Positions 1-14,929 of a DNA stretch of 64,000 nt are shown piece by piece. The position numbers were made by a program, and so were the translations under genes. Below the pieces are notes generated by a model. The model was not told the origin of the DNA. It ran no database searches and saw only the letters and a program-made list of their open reading frames with translations. The stretch's first letter is position 1. Each line of letters begins with the position of its first letter. Source of the DNA: the human T2T-CHM13v2.0 reference genome, Homo sapiens; assembly GCF_009914755.1 (NCBI RefSeq), contig NC_060926.1; one strand, 5' to 3'.

Positions 1-175
1 CCAGCTTCAGCCTCCTGAGTAGCTGGGACTACAGGTGTGTGCCACCATGCCTGGCTAATTTTCTTTCTTTTTTGTAGAGACAGGGATCTTTCTATGTTGT
101 CCAGGCTGGTCTTGAACTCCCAGCTTCAAGCAATCATCCTGCCTCAGCCTCTCAAAGTGCTGGGATTGCAAGCAT
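1..175 (-). mobile_element. Alu (AluJ-like), cut by window edge
   Basis: Antisense Alu motifs cctcctgagtagctgggactacagg and caaagtgctgggatt. Confidence 0.9.
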
Positions 176-1629
176 AATAACTCTATCTTTTCCCTTTCTG
201 GTAAATGCCCCAAAACTGTGGTGTATGCTGTTCCTCACTGCTCCAAGCCAATAACCCTGACCTAATCAGACTTCATGTGTGCCCCTGGTGTTTGGGTCTT
301 GGGCAAGGATCAATGGAGAAATCGGCTTACTCTTCCTTCCCCCTTAAACTACAGAGTAATGTGATGGTCACTTTCTATCAATGACTGTATTGGTGTTTAT
401 GAGCCTCTCTCAAGCTTTCAGGAAACAGCATGGGTTTTAATCCTAGTAGGGAACCTGCTTGTCCATGCAGGAAATGTTTAGCAATTTTCTCTCTTCCTTT
501 TGAGTTTTCTCTTTGTCCAGATCACTGTAATTTTTTTCCCCTTCTATTCTGCTGGGCATTCTGTGAGCCCTTTTGAATGGAGGTTGGACCTTTCTTGCCT
601 CTCTGCCTCCAGGGGAGGACTTTGAGCTCTTACACAGCAAGTACTTTACGGGGAAAGACGGGACAGGCTGCACCACACACACCTGGGGTGTGGTGGGCTC
701 CCCACACTGGCGAGTGTGTGGGCAGCTGAGAGATGAGTTGGGTTTTCTGGTTCCCTTGGAGGGAGTTCTCAGTTGCTTTTCTGATTCAGAAATGGAGCAG
801 CAACCCCCTCCATACACACCTTCCTTGGCAAAGCTTCTCTGCCTGGAGCAGCAGGTCCCTTAGGTTCAGATTAAGGGCCTTCCTACTCCTGAGGTCTAAG
901 AGTCACTGGCCCTAAGACAGGGCCCTCTGGTGCCCTCCCCTCTCTTCCCTCACTGTCGGGGAGAAGGAGTGCAGCACCTGAACCCCACGGGTACTGCCTA
1001 TCAGGCTCACTGCAGGGTTCACATTGGTGTGCTGAGGTTTGTGCATCCCCCACCTCCACTCCCACCCTCCACCCCTCTCTGGGGAGGATGCTGTCTGCAT
1101 TCGTCACCATCCTGACTCAGGACCAGACTTCAGGTTTCTTCAGAAATTGGTGGGATCTTAACTCTTAAGCTCTCAAATTGGGTGCTTCTTTCCAGTGGCC
1201 ACTGTCACAGGACCCCTGAGACCCTCACGTTCAGACCTGAGCCAGGCTGAAAGGAGAAGCACCACATCAGGCATCCAAGTGCTGATTCTGCCATGGGGTC
1301 AGCCCGTGCTGCCAGCACAGCCAGGCGACAGGTTGGAGGTGCTCGGCTTTGGGCTTGGGTGTAGTAGGGGGAACATTTCTCCCTCTCTGCCCCTTGCTGG
1401 TTCTGCCAGTGGGGATTGCTGGGCGGCCCAAACCCCACGAATGAGGAGCGGAGCCAGTGCTGCTTTGCATGGCCTGCGAATGTGGGTTAGGAAGCCCACG
1501 CATCAGCCCCTCACTGCTACTGTTTGGATGGAAACTTCCCAATGTGTCTAATAAAGTTCTGTCAAAACCCCCGGGCCGCGGGCTCTTAGGAGGTAGTTGA
1601 GTAGCATTTGACTTCTTAAATTTATTCAT

Positions 1630-2095
1630 TTATTTACTTCTAACTGTGGTAAACGCACATGACATAAAATTGGCCATTTTAACCATTTTTAGGTGTACAA
1701 TTTAGTGGCATTAAGCACATTCACACAGTTGTGCAGCCATCACCACCATCCAGCTCCCGCACTCTTCAACCTCTCAAACAGAAACTCTACCCATTCAACA
1801 ACTCCCCACTTCTCTCTCCTGCCAGACCAACAACCCCCTTTCTACTGTCTATCTCTGTGAACTTGACCACTCCAGTACCTCATGTGGGTACAATCATGCA
1901 GTGTTTGTCCTTCCGTGACTGGCTTATTTCACTGGATAGAATGACCTCAGGGTCTATCCACATCACAGCATGTGTAGACTCTCCTTCCTCTTTAAGGCTG
2001 AGTAGTATTCCACTGTATAACATAAGCCACGTTTTGCCCGTGCACCCATCCATCCATGCACACTTCAGTTGCTTCCACTCTTGGGCTGTTGTGAA
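1630..2095 (-). mobile_element. Old L1 (L1MB-like) 3' end fragment
   Basis: ttttaaccatttttaggtgtacaatttagtggcattaagcacattcac...gctgagtagtattccactgtat matches antisense L1M 3' UTR. Confidence 0.8.
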
Positions 2096-3589
2096 CACGG
2101 GTGTGTGGGTGTCGTCTCGGCGGCATACATTTTGACTCCTGCCAATCAAAGATATTCAATAGACATCTTCTGATGTCTATAGTTCAAGCTTGTGGGGAAA
2201 ATTCCAGCTGTGTGGCTCTTTAGACAACTAAACAAGTCAGCATCCCCCATCCCTCCCACTCCCCATAGAAAAGAGAAAGAGCATGCCTGTTCTAGAGATT
2301 GTGACTCCTTGGAGCTTCTGCCTCAGCCAGCAGCGCCATCCCTGAAACCGTGAGGGAAAAGTGCTCTTCATTTGTCCACGTGCCCTTGGCTATTCTTAGT
2401 GGGAAGAAGCAAGCCTGGCTCTAATTTAATGTTCATTTCCTGCCATGAATGTTGCAGGGGGTCCTGCGTCATCCTCAGGACCCTGCAATGGAATTTCCAA
2501 GGGGCTTGCCTATCTGGTCTTCAGCTCACTCATGAGCCCTTTTGGCAGCCTGCACAACACCATGTTGATTTGTGACAGTTCTCCCAGTCCCTAAGCGGTA
2601 TGTTTGTGCATTAGGAGGTTTGCGCCCTCCTTGCCAAGGGCCCATCTCTCTCCCTCGGCCACTGTTGGCAGCTCCCAAGCTCCCCCCACCTCTACCAGAC
2701 GAGGAGAGCTGGAGCTCTGAGCACAGCCTCCATGGCAGACCCGTGTGTGTCGGGCCCTGCACCACCCCAGTGGAGGGCGGTGCGTGGTTTGGTCTTTGTT
2801 CCCTGGGTGGAAACTCCGCCTCTCCACTGCAGGTCCCTGATGCTGGAGAGTAGGAAGGTCACAGTCTGGGGGAGCTGACTTCCAGCACCACCCCCACCAA
2901 AGGCTACTCAGGAACAAGGTTTCCCTTGTGGGAAACCTACTCTCCTCTCTTACACTGTGGAGGCCCAGCTCTCCAGAGGAGCTGAGCTGGGGGCAGTATT
3001 GCAAACTGGCTCTGGCACAACCCAAGCCAAACTTGTGGGCTCCACAGGCCCAACACAAGAAGTTGGTCTAATTACAACCATCTCCAGCCTCTCTCAGATG
3101 TTCTGGGACCATCTCCAGCAAGAAACTCAGGGGCATTGGTCTATGGGGTCCACATCCCATGTCACAGTAGGCAACACATTATCAGCGGAGCCGCGAGCAC
3201 GGGGCTGTGCCATGTTGCCATGCCCAGCAACTAGCTCCCACAGGGAAGGCCCAGACACTGGAATTCAGACAGCATTGACCTCAGGGATGGCCCTGCCCTT
3301 GAGGAGCAGAAAAAGAACAGAAAAGGGAAACCAGCTGGAAGCTGAGTGTGTCCCTTCCATGAGCCCAGCATCAGCTACAGAGGGTAGCAACAAAGGATGG
3401 AACCACAAGACAGTGCCAATGAGACAAGTAACCGAGGGACTCATTGTAAAAAGCCTTCATGAATGGCACCATGGCCAAACCTGGGAGTGGGCTCGCACGC
3501 TCAGCACAAGTGCGAATCTTACACTGTGTGAATAAAGGCTCCCAGGCCTGTCAGCGCCGCAAGGCAGAGCCCCAGACTCCCAAGGCCTC

Positions 3590-4095
3590 GGCTTTCCAAC
3601 CTCAGAACTACTGCAATTTGGACCACATAATTCCTTTTCGCTGGCTGTCCTGTCCGTTGTAAGACGTTTATTTAGCGGTGTCCCCGGCTTCTATCTACTC
3701 AATTCCGGTAGCAATCCCCACTCCCAGTACGACAATCAAAAATGTCTTCAGGCGGGGCGCGGCGGCTCACGCCTGTAATCCCAGAACTTTGGGAGGCTGA
3801 GGAAGATGAATCGCCTGAGCTCAGGAGTTCAAGACTGGCCTGGGCAACCTGGTGAAAGCCCATCTCTACTAAAAATACAAAAATTAGCCAGGGGTGGTGG
3901 CATGTACCTGTAGTCCCAGCTATGTCGGGGGCTAAGGTGGGAGGATTGCTTGGGCCCAGGATGTCGAGGCTGCAGTGAGTCATGTTCGTGCCACTGCACT
4001 ACAGCCTAGATGACAAAGGGAGACCCTGTCTCAAAAAAAAAAAAAAAAAAAAAAAGTTTCCAGACCTTGCCAAATGACTCCTGGGGAGCAAAATA
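3590..4095. mobile_element. MER20 (hAT-Charlie MITE) interrupted by an Alu
   Basis: ggctgtcctgtccgttgtaagacgttt...caatcaaaaatgtcttca resumes after the Alu as tttccagaccttgccaaatgactcctggggagcaaaat. Confidence 0.75.
3751..4055 (+). mobile_element. Alu (AluJb-like), full length
   Basis: Dimeric Alu with central A-rich linker, poly(A) tail, J-type ggattgcttgggcccagg and gagaccctgtctc. Confidence 0.95.
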
Positions 4096-4149
4096 GATAT
4101 TTATGAAGAATTTTGTATGTACCCATAACAGTTTCATACGTAGTAACCT

Positions 4150-4460
4150 ATATAACTCTTACAATATCATGAGGTAAGTATTATGATTGACCCAATTTTG
4201 CAAATGGGGAAACTGAGGCTATGAGGGATAGGCAACTTGCCCAAGGTCACACAGATAGTAAGTGGCAGAGCTGGGGTGAAAATCACAGGTGACACTCTAG
4301 ACCCAAGCCCCTACCAGGTGTGCAAAGCTGCCTCACTTATTCTGATGACCTCATTTAATTTGCTTGATAACCCATTTTACAGATGTGGACACAGAAGTCG
4401 GTATCTCATCCAAGGTAGGTCACACAACTAGTGACAGGCAGAGTTCAAGCTGAAACCCTG
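4150..4460 (-). mobile_element. Two MIR fragments
   Basis: MIR core ggggaaactgaggct...cttgcccaaggtcacacag, and cccattttacagatg...ggtcacacaactagt. Confidence 0.75.
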
Positions 4461-6327
4461 GCATGTGAGCTGCTAAAGTCCATACTCTGAAAACTAGATT
4501 TCAAAGCAGAGGAGGAGTGGTAAAAACAAATGAACAGAGGAAGCCGATCTCTCTGTTGTTGAGTGGGATGTGGGATTAAGTGGGCTGAAGGTGGATTCTG
4601 CATAGAGTAGAGGCTTTTGCCCTCACGGGAGGTCAGCTCAGCTGATGTGGTGGCTTCTGGTCTCCGTTGAAGCCTTGCAACTGCACCAGGCGACCCCTGG
4701 GGTTTGCTTCCTGCTACAGCGATGGACTCTGAGCCTGGTGGCTCCCTTCCATTCCAAAACCACTCATCTGCGTGTTCCTGAGCCATCTGAGCTCATTCCC
4801 ACCCAGCCATTCCTTCCAATGAGGGCAGTTACAAAGGTGTGAAGCAGGGCTGACTTGGTATCTTGTGCCATCAACCTGCGGTGTGACCTTTAGCAAGTTT
4901 CTCAGCCTACATGAGCCTCAGTGTATAAATACAAAAAATGGGAGCCCGGCACCCGCTCATTAGGCTGGGAGGGTATAAAGCACACAGTAGACACTCAGAC
5001 AATGGTGCTATACCAACTCTGTATTGTCCCACACTCTCCCCTCCACATTCTATATCTCTCTTTATGTGCTATGAGCTGTAAAAATGATTTCATTTCATGT
5101 CTTAGACTCCAACTGACTGAGTTTTTTTTTTTTTTTTTTTTTTTGAGTGCAGTAATAAGCCCTCAGGTGTCTGGCTGAAAATCAGTGTTGTCGCTTGTGT
5201 CGACTTATTCTGATAAACAATAGTCGCTCCCCAGGTTGCCTTCATGTCCATTCCCACATAGTAGCTTTTTGTAGCATCGAGATAGAAATCTGCAGTGGAG
5301 GATTCATTTTATTTTCCCTGTCAAATAGCTCTGCCCTTATTTTGAGCAATTTAAGATGAAATAAAGCCAATTGTGAGGAACTGATTCAGCAGGAGGGACT
5401 GGGGCTTGGGCAGTGCACACAGCTGTGTGCGGCTCACAGGCCAGCACCTGGCACTTCCGAAGCCCAGCGCAGCAGCAGCACAGCGGCTTACCTTAGTTCC
5501 AGGCAGCTCCCAGTTTAGCAAGGGTGGGGCCATTCTGGGACGGTCATCTCAGCAACATACAGTAGAATAGAAAGCCCGTGAGCAGTTTATTCAGCGAGAT
5601 CTGGGAAAAGCCTGGCTCCATTGTCCACCCAACCTGTGACTTCAGGCTTCAGCACTGACTTTTCTGAATGTTGACTCTCTCACGTGTGAAGTGAGGAGAC
5701 CGGTCCTGCCTCAGAGGTGGTTTGTGAGCATTCAGCAGGATAAAGACTTCGAGGTCCCTGGGACTTAGAGTGGCCGCTCAGTGCCTTGCAGTTCCTCTCC
5801 TGCGATCCTTGTTTTGATCCATCCAGCCCTTTCTGATGTGCAGATGCTATTTCCCCATCAGTTGTGTCCACTCCTTTATTCTGGCTGCCTGACAGTTAAC
5901 ACCCCCTCTGGTGATAGACATAGCATCTGAGAGTGCTTTGGGATGATATAAATGGAACTGGAATTCATTCAAGCAATTTCTAGTGCATCTGGGCTGGGAA
6001 TTGCCTTGAATAGTATTTTTGAGCCAATCCCTGCCACCACCCTCACTGAAAGCAGCCTTTAGTTGCTATACTGAGACCAGGCCATATAAGAAGGTTTTCC
6101 CCATCCCTAAGTTGGGACCTATACTCAATCATTACCTAGGAGACTTCAGGGAAGCAACCTTTGTCAGTGGCAAACAAACGCTTCCTTCACGTGGTGTCTC
6201 CTGACTGTCTCCTGACTAGTCACTAGTTCCTGGATGGGTGTGAATTTACTGGGGGCTTATGGCTGAGAATAAGAACTTGTCCTCTGACACAACAGCTCAC
6301 CAATGCAGCAACTCCTTCCATGGTGAT

Positions 6328-6824
6328 TGCAATGGGTTAATTTTATGTGTCAACTTGACTGGGCCATGGGATGCCCAGATAGCTGGTTGAACATTATGTC
6401 TGGGTGTGTCTGTGAGAGTGTTTCTAGAAGAGATGAGCATCTGAATTGGTGGGCTGAGCAAAGCGGACAGTCCTCCTCAATGTGAGTGGGCATCATCCAG
6501 TCCATCGAGGGCCTGAGCAGAATAAAAAGGTAGGGGAAGATTGAATTATTTCTCTGCCTAATAAATTGAGCTAGGACACGGATCTTCCTGCCCTCATTCT
6601 TCTGGTTCTCTGACTTCAGACTGAAATCTTTACCATTGGCCCTCTGGCTTCCAGGCCTTGAAATGACCACTGTCTGGGTTTCCTGGGCCTCAGAGTTGCT
6701 GATGGCAGATCATGGGTTTTATAAGCCTCTATAATTTTGTGGGCCAATTCCTTATATAAATCTCTTTCTAGAGATAAACATATTTCTTATGGGTCTGTTT
6801 TTCTTCAGAACCCTGACGAATACA
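6328..6824 (+). mobile_element. MLT2-family (ERVL) solo LTR
   Basis: Starts tg..ggttaattttatgtgtcaacttgactgggcc, ends agaaccctgacgaataca; flanked by near-TSD gtgat/gtggt. Confidence 0.85.
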
Positions 6825-7056
6825 GTGGTTGTCTTTATTGACCCGGGCTTCAGTGAAGGGCATCTGTGTGCCACACTGGCCACTGCATGTTCTATCTGAG
6901 CGGTTAGCAGTACACATCAGGACATGTTAGCATTTCGAGGAAATGATGGTCCTCAGTTGGAACCTATGCCTGGAAAACTAATTTGCAGAAGGCTTGTCAT
7001 TGTCTTAAGTGGCTCCAAAGAATATTCATGGCATTGCAGAGAAACATATAGAATAG

Positions 7057-7490
<434 letters not shown>

Positions 7491-8509
7491 TACATTAGAC
7501 AGGCCTGAGTTTAAGCCCTCAGTCATTGATGAGTTGTGGAATCTTGGTAAAGTCACTGAACTTCTCTGACCTCAGTTTTATCACCTGTAAAAGGATGGAT
7601 ATACGATTGATCCCAGAACCTTGTCTTAAGGATGACATAGACAGGATGTGTGAAGTGACCGAGGTGTCTAATAGAACAAGAGTGTCTGCAAAGTGAGGAC
7701 CTCCCCACTAGGCACCTGCATGGGAGGTCAGGGAATGTGCCTTCAGGGAGGCCTCAGCGTTTTCAGATTGGAGCCCTTAGCTGAGGCCAAATGCTAATGT
7801 TCCCTGCACTTACGTCCCCTCTCACTGTTCCTCCCATCCCCTGGCTGGATTGTGCTCTCTACACCGCCCCACCATGGCCTGGAATAAGACCAAAAATATT
7901 TGAGAATTGAGCTTGCTGTTTTCAAACACCTCAGATGCCTAGAATCTCTAGTTCTTAAATCACTTTGGGTTCATGGACCTTCAATAATGTGAACATGCAC
8001 TTAGGCACACTGAAAGCAGTTTGGATATGGCTCGAGGGTGTTTCTCAAGCCACTGAGTCTATCGCTAACCCCATGTTGAGAGTGCCGGATCTGAGTGAAC
8101 CAGTGAGGTCTGACACTGAGAAAAGAACTGACAAAGCCATGGTTTATTCTTGGTTAGTTGCTTGGTAAAGTAGCTGGTAAAGTCAGTGGTGAAATTGGGA
8201 AGAAGATTCCTATTCCTTATCCTGTTTCACTGGTGCTAAGGACTTGTTTTCACTCTGCCCTTTACAAAGCAAGGAGTTGGAAAAGAGCTTAAAGTTCATT
8301 ACACTTGATCTTGTTCATCAAGATGTAAAGGTATAAGAAAAATGCTTATTAGGAAGAATCTGGTTAAGTGTCCCTCCCTGATGTTCCCAGTGGGTGCTAA
8401 GCTTCCCCTACCACAGCAGTGATCACCCCATGGGGTATTTGCTTGGTGGTCTGCCTGTCTCTAACACTATGAGGCGCCCTGGGGACCAGGGACACACCTG
8501 TCCTGTTCA

Positions 8510-8932
<423 letters not shown>

Positions 8933-9773
8933 TCATTTAACTAAACATTCCACACAGTATCCATCCAAACTCAGAATGTGTGTTGTGTTTAAACATTTTA
9001 AGTGTTTAAACATTTAGTTATAAGTCAGCTGCGTTTGGGGCTTCTTCCTTTCTCATTGCCCCCTGTGTCTGTAGTTTCTCAGTAAGAAGTGAGACCCTGT
9101 GCATTCAATACCTGTAAACAAGAACCTGCCAATTCTGATGCCAGAGACTCAGGCAAAACTATTAGGGAGCGTCTGGAATGTTTTTAAAGCACTGCGTCCC
9201 CTCCCAGGGAGAGTTAAATGCTATCATCGGGTCAGTGCTGGACACCGGAGAGCACACAGCTATGCTCTCTCGTTGAGGCACTCTCATCCATATGCATTCT
9301 CTCACCTTAGAATAAATGACACCCCTGCAGAATAGGTCTTCGCCAGACTGTTTACAGAGCAGCGGACACGGGAAGCCCATGAATACGGAGGCAGCATCGC
9401 AGTGAAAGACGGTGGGGTGCGGTGTGCAAGGAGAGCCTTTGAGGCAGTCAGGAAAACACCAGGGTGTGAGGGGTGTCGTTACGGTTTGCAGATGACAAAG
9501 GTGGCAAGGGAATCTAAAAACCTCCAAGCAAGGGCGAAACAACCATTTGCAGAGAAGTCTTTGAGCTCTAAATGCCTCGCTGCCACCTCATACTCTCACG
9601 GAATTGATTTCCGCCCCTTGGAGAAACTATTTGCTGTGACCTACTTTTTCACATGAAAGACCTCACTAAAGTGTTCTTTTCTCTTCACTGAAGGTTTGAA
9701 AAAAAAAATTCTTTTTCTAACTCTTACACTTCCATGCTATGGGTGAGGACGCCTTAGCTAAGAATGCCCTACC

Positions 9774-9955
9774 CAGCGCTGTCCCGTAGGACTTTCTGTG
9801 ACGATGGAAATGTTCACTATCTGTGCTGTCCGGTGTGACAGCCATGGCCACATGTGGCCACCAGGCACTTGAGACACGGCTGCTAGCATGATGGAGGAAC
9901 TGAATTTGAAATTTTATTTAATTTTAATTAAACTTAAATGTAGCCATATATACTA
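9774..9955. mobile_element. MER3 (hAT-Charlie MITE)
   Basis: gcgctgtcc...actttctgtgacgatggaaatgttcactatctgtgctgtcc...gaggaactgaatttgaaattttatttaattttaatt. Confidence 0.8.
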
Positions 9956-10313
9956 GGGTCTACAGACCAGGCCTTCGCATTCCCCTATCAAAAGAGTTCC
10001 TGGTCATGTTGTTAAAGTGAAAAAAGAAAGGCAAATTGTAGTGTTATATATTTAGTATAAATATATACACCCACCCCAAACAAAACAATATATTACATTT
10101 GTGCATAAAAATGCTTTTAAATGCACAGAAAAATGGCTGAAATTATACCCAACAGACCAATATAAAAAAGGAGAACAATTTACAAGTGTTTTCTTGTAAG
10201 ATATATCTTGGGTTTTATTTTTTTTTCTTGTGGTCCAGTTATCGTGACAAATCCACCTGGATCTAATATCTAAGACCACAGAAGCTTGAGAACAGGCAGA
10301 CCAGCTGTAAGAC

Positions 10314-10653
10314 TTTTTTTTCTTTTCTTTTTCTTTTTTCTTTCTTTCTTTCTTTTTTTTTTTTTTTTTTTGAGTTGGAGTCTCACTCTGTTGCCCAGGC
10401 TGGATTGTAGTGGTGCGATCTGAGCTTACTGCAACCTCTGCCTCCCAGGTTCAAGCAATCCTCCTGCCTCAGTCTCCTGAGTAGCTGCAATTATAGGCAC
10501 ACACCACCACCCCTGGCCAATTTTTGTAATTTTGGTAGAGATAGAGTTTCACCATGTTGGTCAGGCTGGTCTTGAACTCCTGGCCTCAGGTGATCCAACT
10601 GCTTAGGCCTCTCAAAGTGCTGGGATTACAGGAATGAACCACCATGCTTTGTC
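10314..10653 (-). mobile_element. Alu (AluS-like) with (TTTC)/T-rich tail
   Basis: Antisense dimeric Alu; short TSD taagac on both flanks. Confidence 0.93.
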
Positions 10654-10759
10654 ATAAGACATTCTTTTTAAAGAACCCAGAGATCCTCCACAGCAGGTTG
10701 TGGGACAAGCCAAAATGCACACATGCATCCATGTGCACCAAGTCGCGTGGAATATGCTG

Positions 10760-10926
10760 TTCTCAACCTCAACTGTGCATCAGAATTGCCTTTTCAAAAT
10801 ATCCAGAGGCTTTGCATCCCACCCCAAAGATTCTATTTCAATTTATACAGAATGGTCCCAGGGCAATGGTATTTTTGAAAGGCTGCCGGGGTGATTCTAT
10901 TGTATAGCCAGGGCTGAGAATGCCTG
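10760..10926. mobile_element. MER5B-like MITE
   Basis: ttctcaacct...catcagaatt...ggtgattctattgtatagccagggctgagaa. Confidence 0.65.
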
Positions 10927-12224
10927 AGCTGGAAGCAGCACATAGAGGAATACCCAGCAACAGGGAGCCGCAGAGCTGGGAACGGCCGAGTAGGAAGATG
11001 CCTCAGCCCGTCAGCCACTGTGAGTGAGGAGCAGGATGCAGAAGGACCTACTTGTCTTGGCCTCATGGAGAGAAACATGGCATCTGAACCATGGAGAGCC
11101 CCAGGGTTTCATCCTAGTCTCTGGGTACCCTCGCTTCTTAGGTAATCTCTCATCTCCTGTGGCTTTAAATTATGAATGCCATCTCCATGCAGTAATTGAA
11201 AATCCTCAGCCAGACTGCGATTTCCAACTTCCTACATGCCATCCCTACCTGGATGTCTAGCCAGCCTCAGCCATCACACAGCCACACTTGCATGACTCCT
11301 CCATCCCGAGATCCCCTCTCTCAGACAATAGCCCCGCCGTTCTGTAACTGCCCCCTCCGGAAGGTGTGCAGAGCACACTGAGCCCTCTCTTTCCCTCACA
11401 CCTCACATCGATTTTATCCTCAGGTCCTGCTGGCTCTAATGTTGAAATATATTGTGACCAACCCCTTCTTACCAACTCCATCCCAGCATGCCGGCCCACA
11501 CTGCCAACATCCTCTGAACATTGTACCAACCCCCAAATGCATCTCCAGTGCTCCTTCTCTCTTCCTCCTTGCAGCAGAGGCCACAAACAGCAGCCGGAAG
11601 AAACTTGTTAACTCAGCCCTGCGGCTCCATAGGTGAGCATGCTCACCCTCCAGGGGCTTCCCATCCCCTCAGAGCAACACCTGGTGACACGCTGCGGTGC
11701 ACAGGCTCCGACACCACCCGGTGTCGCTCCCTTCCAGATCCACCGCCTTCTACTCCATGCCTTTCCCACTGAGTCCCATCACAGGGTCTCCCTGTTGTTC
11801 TTGAATATTCTCTCCCCCAGAGCCTCTGCACCAGATTGCACACCTCTCCATCACCAAATTCACCAAGATCTCTGCTCAAATCCCACCTCTTGGAGTGGGG
11901 TTTGGGGGGCTTTCCTGGCCCTTCAATCTCTATCAAGAATACTCTCCCTCCCCTACCAGCTTTCCTCTGCGGCCTCCTACCTGGCCTTATTTTTCTACCC
12001 ATCACTTATGGCTACCTAAAATTACTGCTTGTTTTTGTTTCTCTGCCTCCTCCCCTGTCCTCCCCTGGAATCTAAGTCCCTGCAGGACAGAAGGTGCCTT
12101 GCAGCTGCACTGCTGGCTCCTGGAACAGGGTTGGCATGACCGCGGCCAGGCAGGTGCTCCATGTGTGCTGACTGAGTCTTCATTAAAAGCTGCACAACAA
12201 ACACAATGAAGTGTTTGTTAATTT

Positions 12225-12680
12225 AACTTTTTAAAATTGTGGTAAAATAGATGTAATATGCAATTTCTATTTTTGACATTTTCAAGAATACAGTTCGGTG
12301 GCATTGAGTACATTCACTTTGCTGTGCATCTATCACCACCATCCACCTACAGGACATTTTTGTCATCCCAAGCTCTGCACCCATTAAATGCTAACTCCCC
12401 TTCTTCCTCCTCCCAGCCCGACACCCACCCCCCACCATTCTACTTTCTGTCTCTGTGAATCTGACTACTCTAGGGATGTTAGGGACGTCATACAAGTAGA
12501 ATCATGCAGTATTTTTCCTTTTGTGATGGCTTATTTCACTCAGCGTAATGTCCTCAAGATTAATCCATATTGTAGCATGTGTCAGGGCTTCCCTCCTCCT
12601 CAAGGCTGAATAATATTCCACTGCATGTCTAGACCACATTCTGTTCTCCCATTCAACTGTCAATGGACATTCGAATTGTT
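12225..12680 (-). mobile_element. Old L1 (L1MB-like) 3' end fragment
   Basis: tacagttcggtggcattgagtacattcac...ctttctgtctctgtgaatctgactactctag...aaggctgaataatattccactg. Confidence 0.8.
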
Positions 12681-14401
12681 CTCATTCAACTTGCAGCCAC
12701 AGTGCTTGCAAAATATGAAGTACGAACAAAAGGATACAGTGCGATCCAGTGTCACCAAGAGCCCCAGTTTTCCAGGAAGCCAGCAAAGCAGGACATTCCA
12801 AGGGTCCCTGTGGAGGCCTTGGGGCAGCAGGGTCAGAACTGAGAGGCCTGGATGTGTGGCAGGCACGGAATGACCGATTTCATCAGTAGCATTACACTGA
12901 GTAATCACCAACCACCAACTCCTTCAATTACTACCACAACGCGGCTGAGAAGAGGAAGATCTGAAGAGGAAGAGAAACGTGTGGTCTTCTTCTGCCCTGG
13001 TTTGAGGCTGAGGTGTCCCTGGTAGCCCTGAGGGGCCTCCTGGCTGTCCTTGGCAGGTGTGGCTGTCCTCACTGGCCACTGGCTTTCTCCTTACACCTAC
13101 CCAATGCCCCCCATGAGGCTGACTCCCCCTTCTCACCTTTCCCTCTCCCCACTCACCTGCCAGCCCTTCCCATTAGGACCCCAGAGCCTATATGAAGGAG
13201 CAAACAGGCTCACTGTTTTATTTCTTTAAAACTTAAGACCCCATGAAACAAAGCAAGGTCTGGTCATATTGGGTTGTGTCACAGTTTGAAAAAGGCAAGG
13301 TCATGTCTGCAAGAATGACTCTGCTGCTAGGAGGGCAAGAAGGCTGGGATGGCCAGGCTAGAGATGTGTGGTGGGAATTTGGGGAAGAGAGGTTGGTTAA
13401 GGAAGGGAGAACCAATGGTGAAAGGACTGGAAAGAAGACACACAGGGAAAGGTGGTGTTCTCTACCGAGGGGAGGCCTGTCTTGGGTAGGGCTTAGGAGT
13501 GAAGGAAGGGGGATGTCTCATTCAGCCTCCATTCTGAATACCCTCTAAGTTATCTCAATAGGACACGTGGCTCCTCAAAGTGAGGTCTATGGGTAGGGCT
13601 GGTCTCTGACTGTCTGTTACCAGTCCTCAATGAGAAAAGCACAGAAATGAGAGTCAAGTGAGTAGAAACTTGTGCCTTTGGCGTGGCTGCAGCAGCCACT
13701 AGCTGCAATCAGTGGCCTTGGCTTGTGGGTGGGTCTGAGACCAGGGCAGGTGCTGTTCAGCATGTGCTGAGATGCAGGCAGTATGAGTCACGTGCTGTCA
13801 GGGACTGTTGGACCTTCAGGGGTCTGGGAGAGGTGGAGGACACTGGTTTTCACTACAGCCGGTTTGAGGAGGTGTGCCCTGAGCCATGCTCCATGACCCC
13901 GCACACTGGCATCTCCTCCAGAGCCTGTTCCCAACCTGGGCACCAGGTGATGTCATTGGCCTGCATTTCGGGGCATATGTGCACAAAAGAGACCTCTGTC
14001 CACCCTAGACTCACATTCTACCCAATGGGGGGAGCCTGGGACCAAGGCGATCTGAGGAAACAGCAAAATCCCTCCTCCAATTTCCTCTTGCTTGAGTGTT
14101 CTCTCTGAGTAGAATGGGGGGAGGTGGGGTGGAAATGTCCCTATTTCTTAATCCCTTTAATTTATTTAAATTGGTCTCTCTCCACACATGCAATTGAATG
14201 TGCACAAGTTTGTATGTATAATTTGACTCCACTGTAGAAGTTACCACCCAAGCAAAAACCAGACTGATCACGTGCTCAGCAGGAACCAGGCACTGGGATG
14301 ATGGCTTTGCAAGAGCTTTGACTCCTCACATCGAATCTGTGAGGAAGGTGCTGTTACTATCATGCCCACTTCACACATGGGTTTTAGCTCTTCCCACCAA
14401 C

Positions 14402-14913
14402 TGTTGTTGGTTGAATCGTGCCCTTCCCCTTCCCCTATGTACACCTAGTAATATATGTTCAAGTCCTAACCCTTAGTACCTGTTAATGTGATCGTATTTG
14501 GAAATTGAGTCTTTGCAGATGTAATCAAGTCAAGAGGAGGTCATTAGAAAGGGCCTTGATCCAGTATGACTCACGTCCTCATAAGGAGGAATCTGGACAC
14601 AAACACACAGAGAGGGAAGACAATGTGAAGAGACGCAGGGATAAAATGGCCATGTGCAAACCGAGGATTAAAATGATGCATCTACAAGCCCCAGAATGCC
14701 AAAGCCTGCAGCAACCACCAGGAGCTAGAGAGGGGCAACGAAGAACTCCCCTACTACTTTCAGAGGGAGTGTGGCCATGCCAACACCTTGGCTTCAGACT
14801 TCAGCCTCCAGACTGTGAGACAATCCATTTCTGTTGCTTTAAACCACCCGGTTTTGGGGATTGGTTTGTTTGCTTTCGTTTTTGTTTCTTTGCAGCGTTA
14901 GCAAACGAATGTA
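14402..14913 (+). mobile_element. MaLR solo LTR (MLT1C-like)
   Basis: ggttgaat...gtctttgcagatgtaatcaag...gacttcagcctccagactgtgagacaatccatttctgttgctttaaaccacc. Confidence 0.85.
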
Positions 14914-14929
14914 CCCTGTGCCTGGATAT

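Noticed and set aside
6195-6227. Short tandem duplications (11-bp here; 19-bp at 30740-30777)
   Set aside because: Ordinary slippage-scale events with no further structure
13784-13794. Overlapping AP-1/E-box TGAGTCACGTG
   Set aside because: Single isolated composite motif without supporting context
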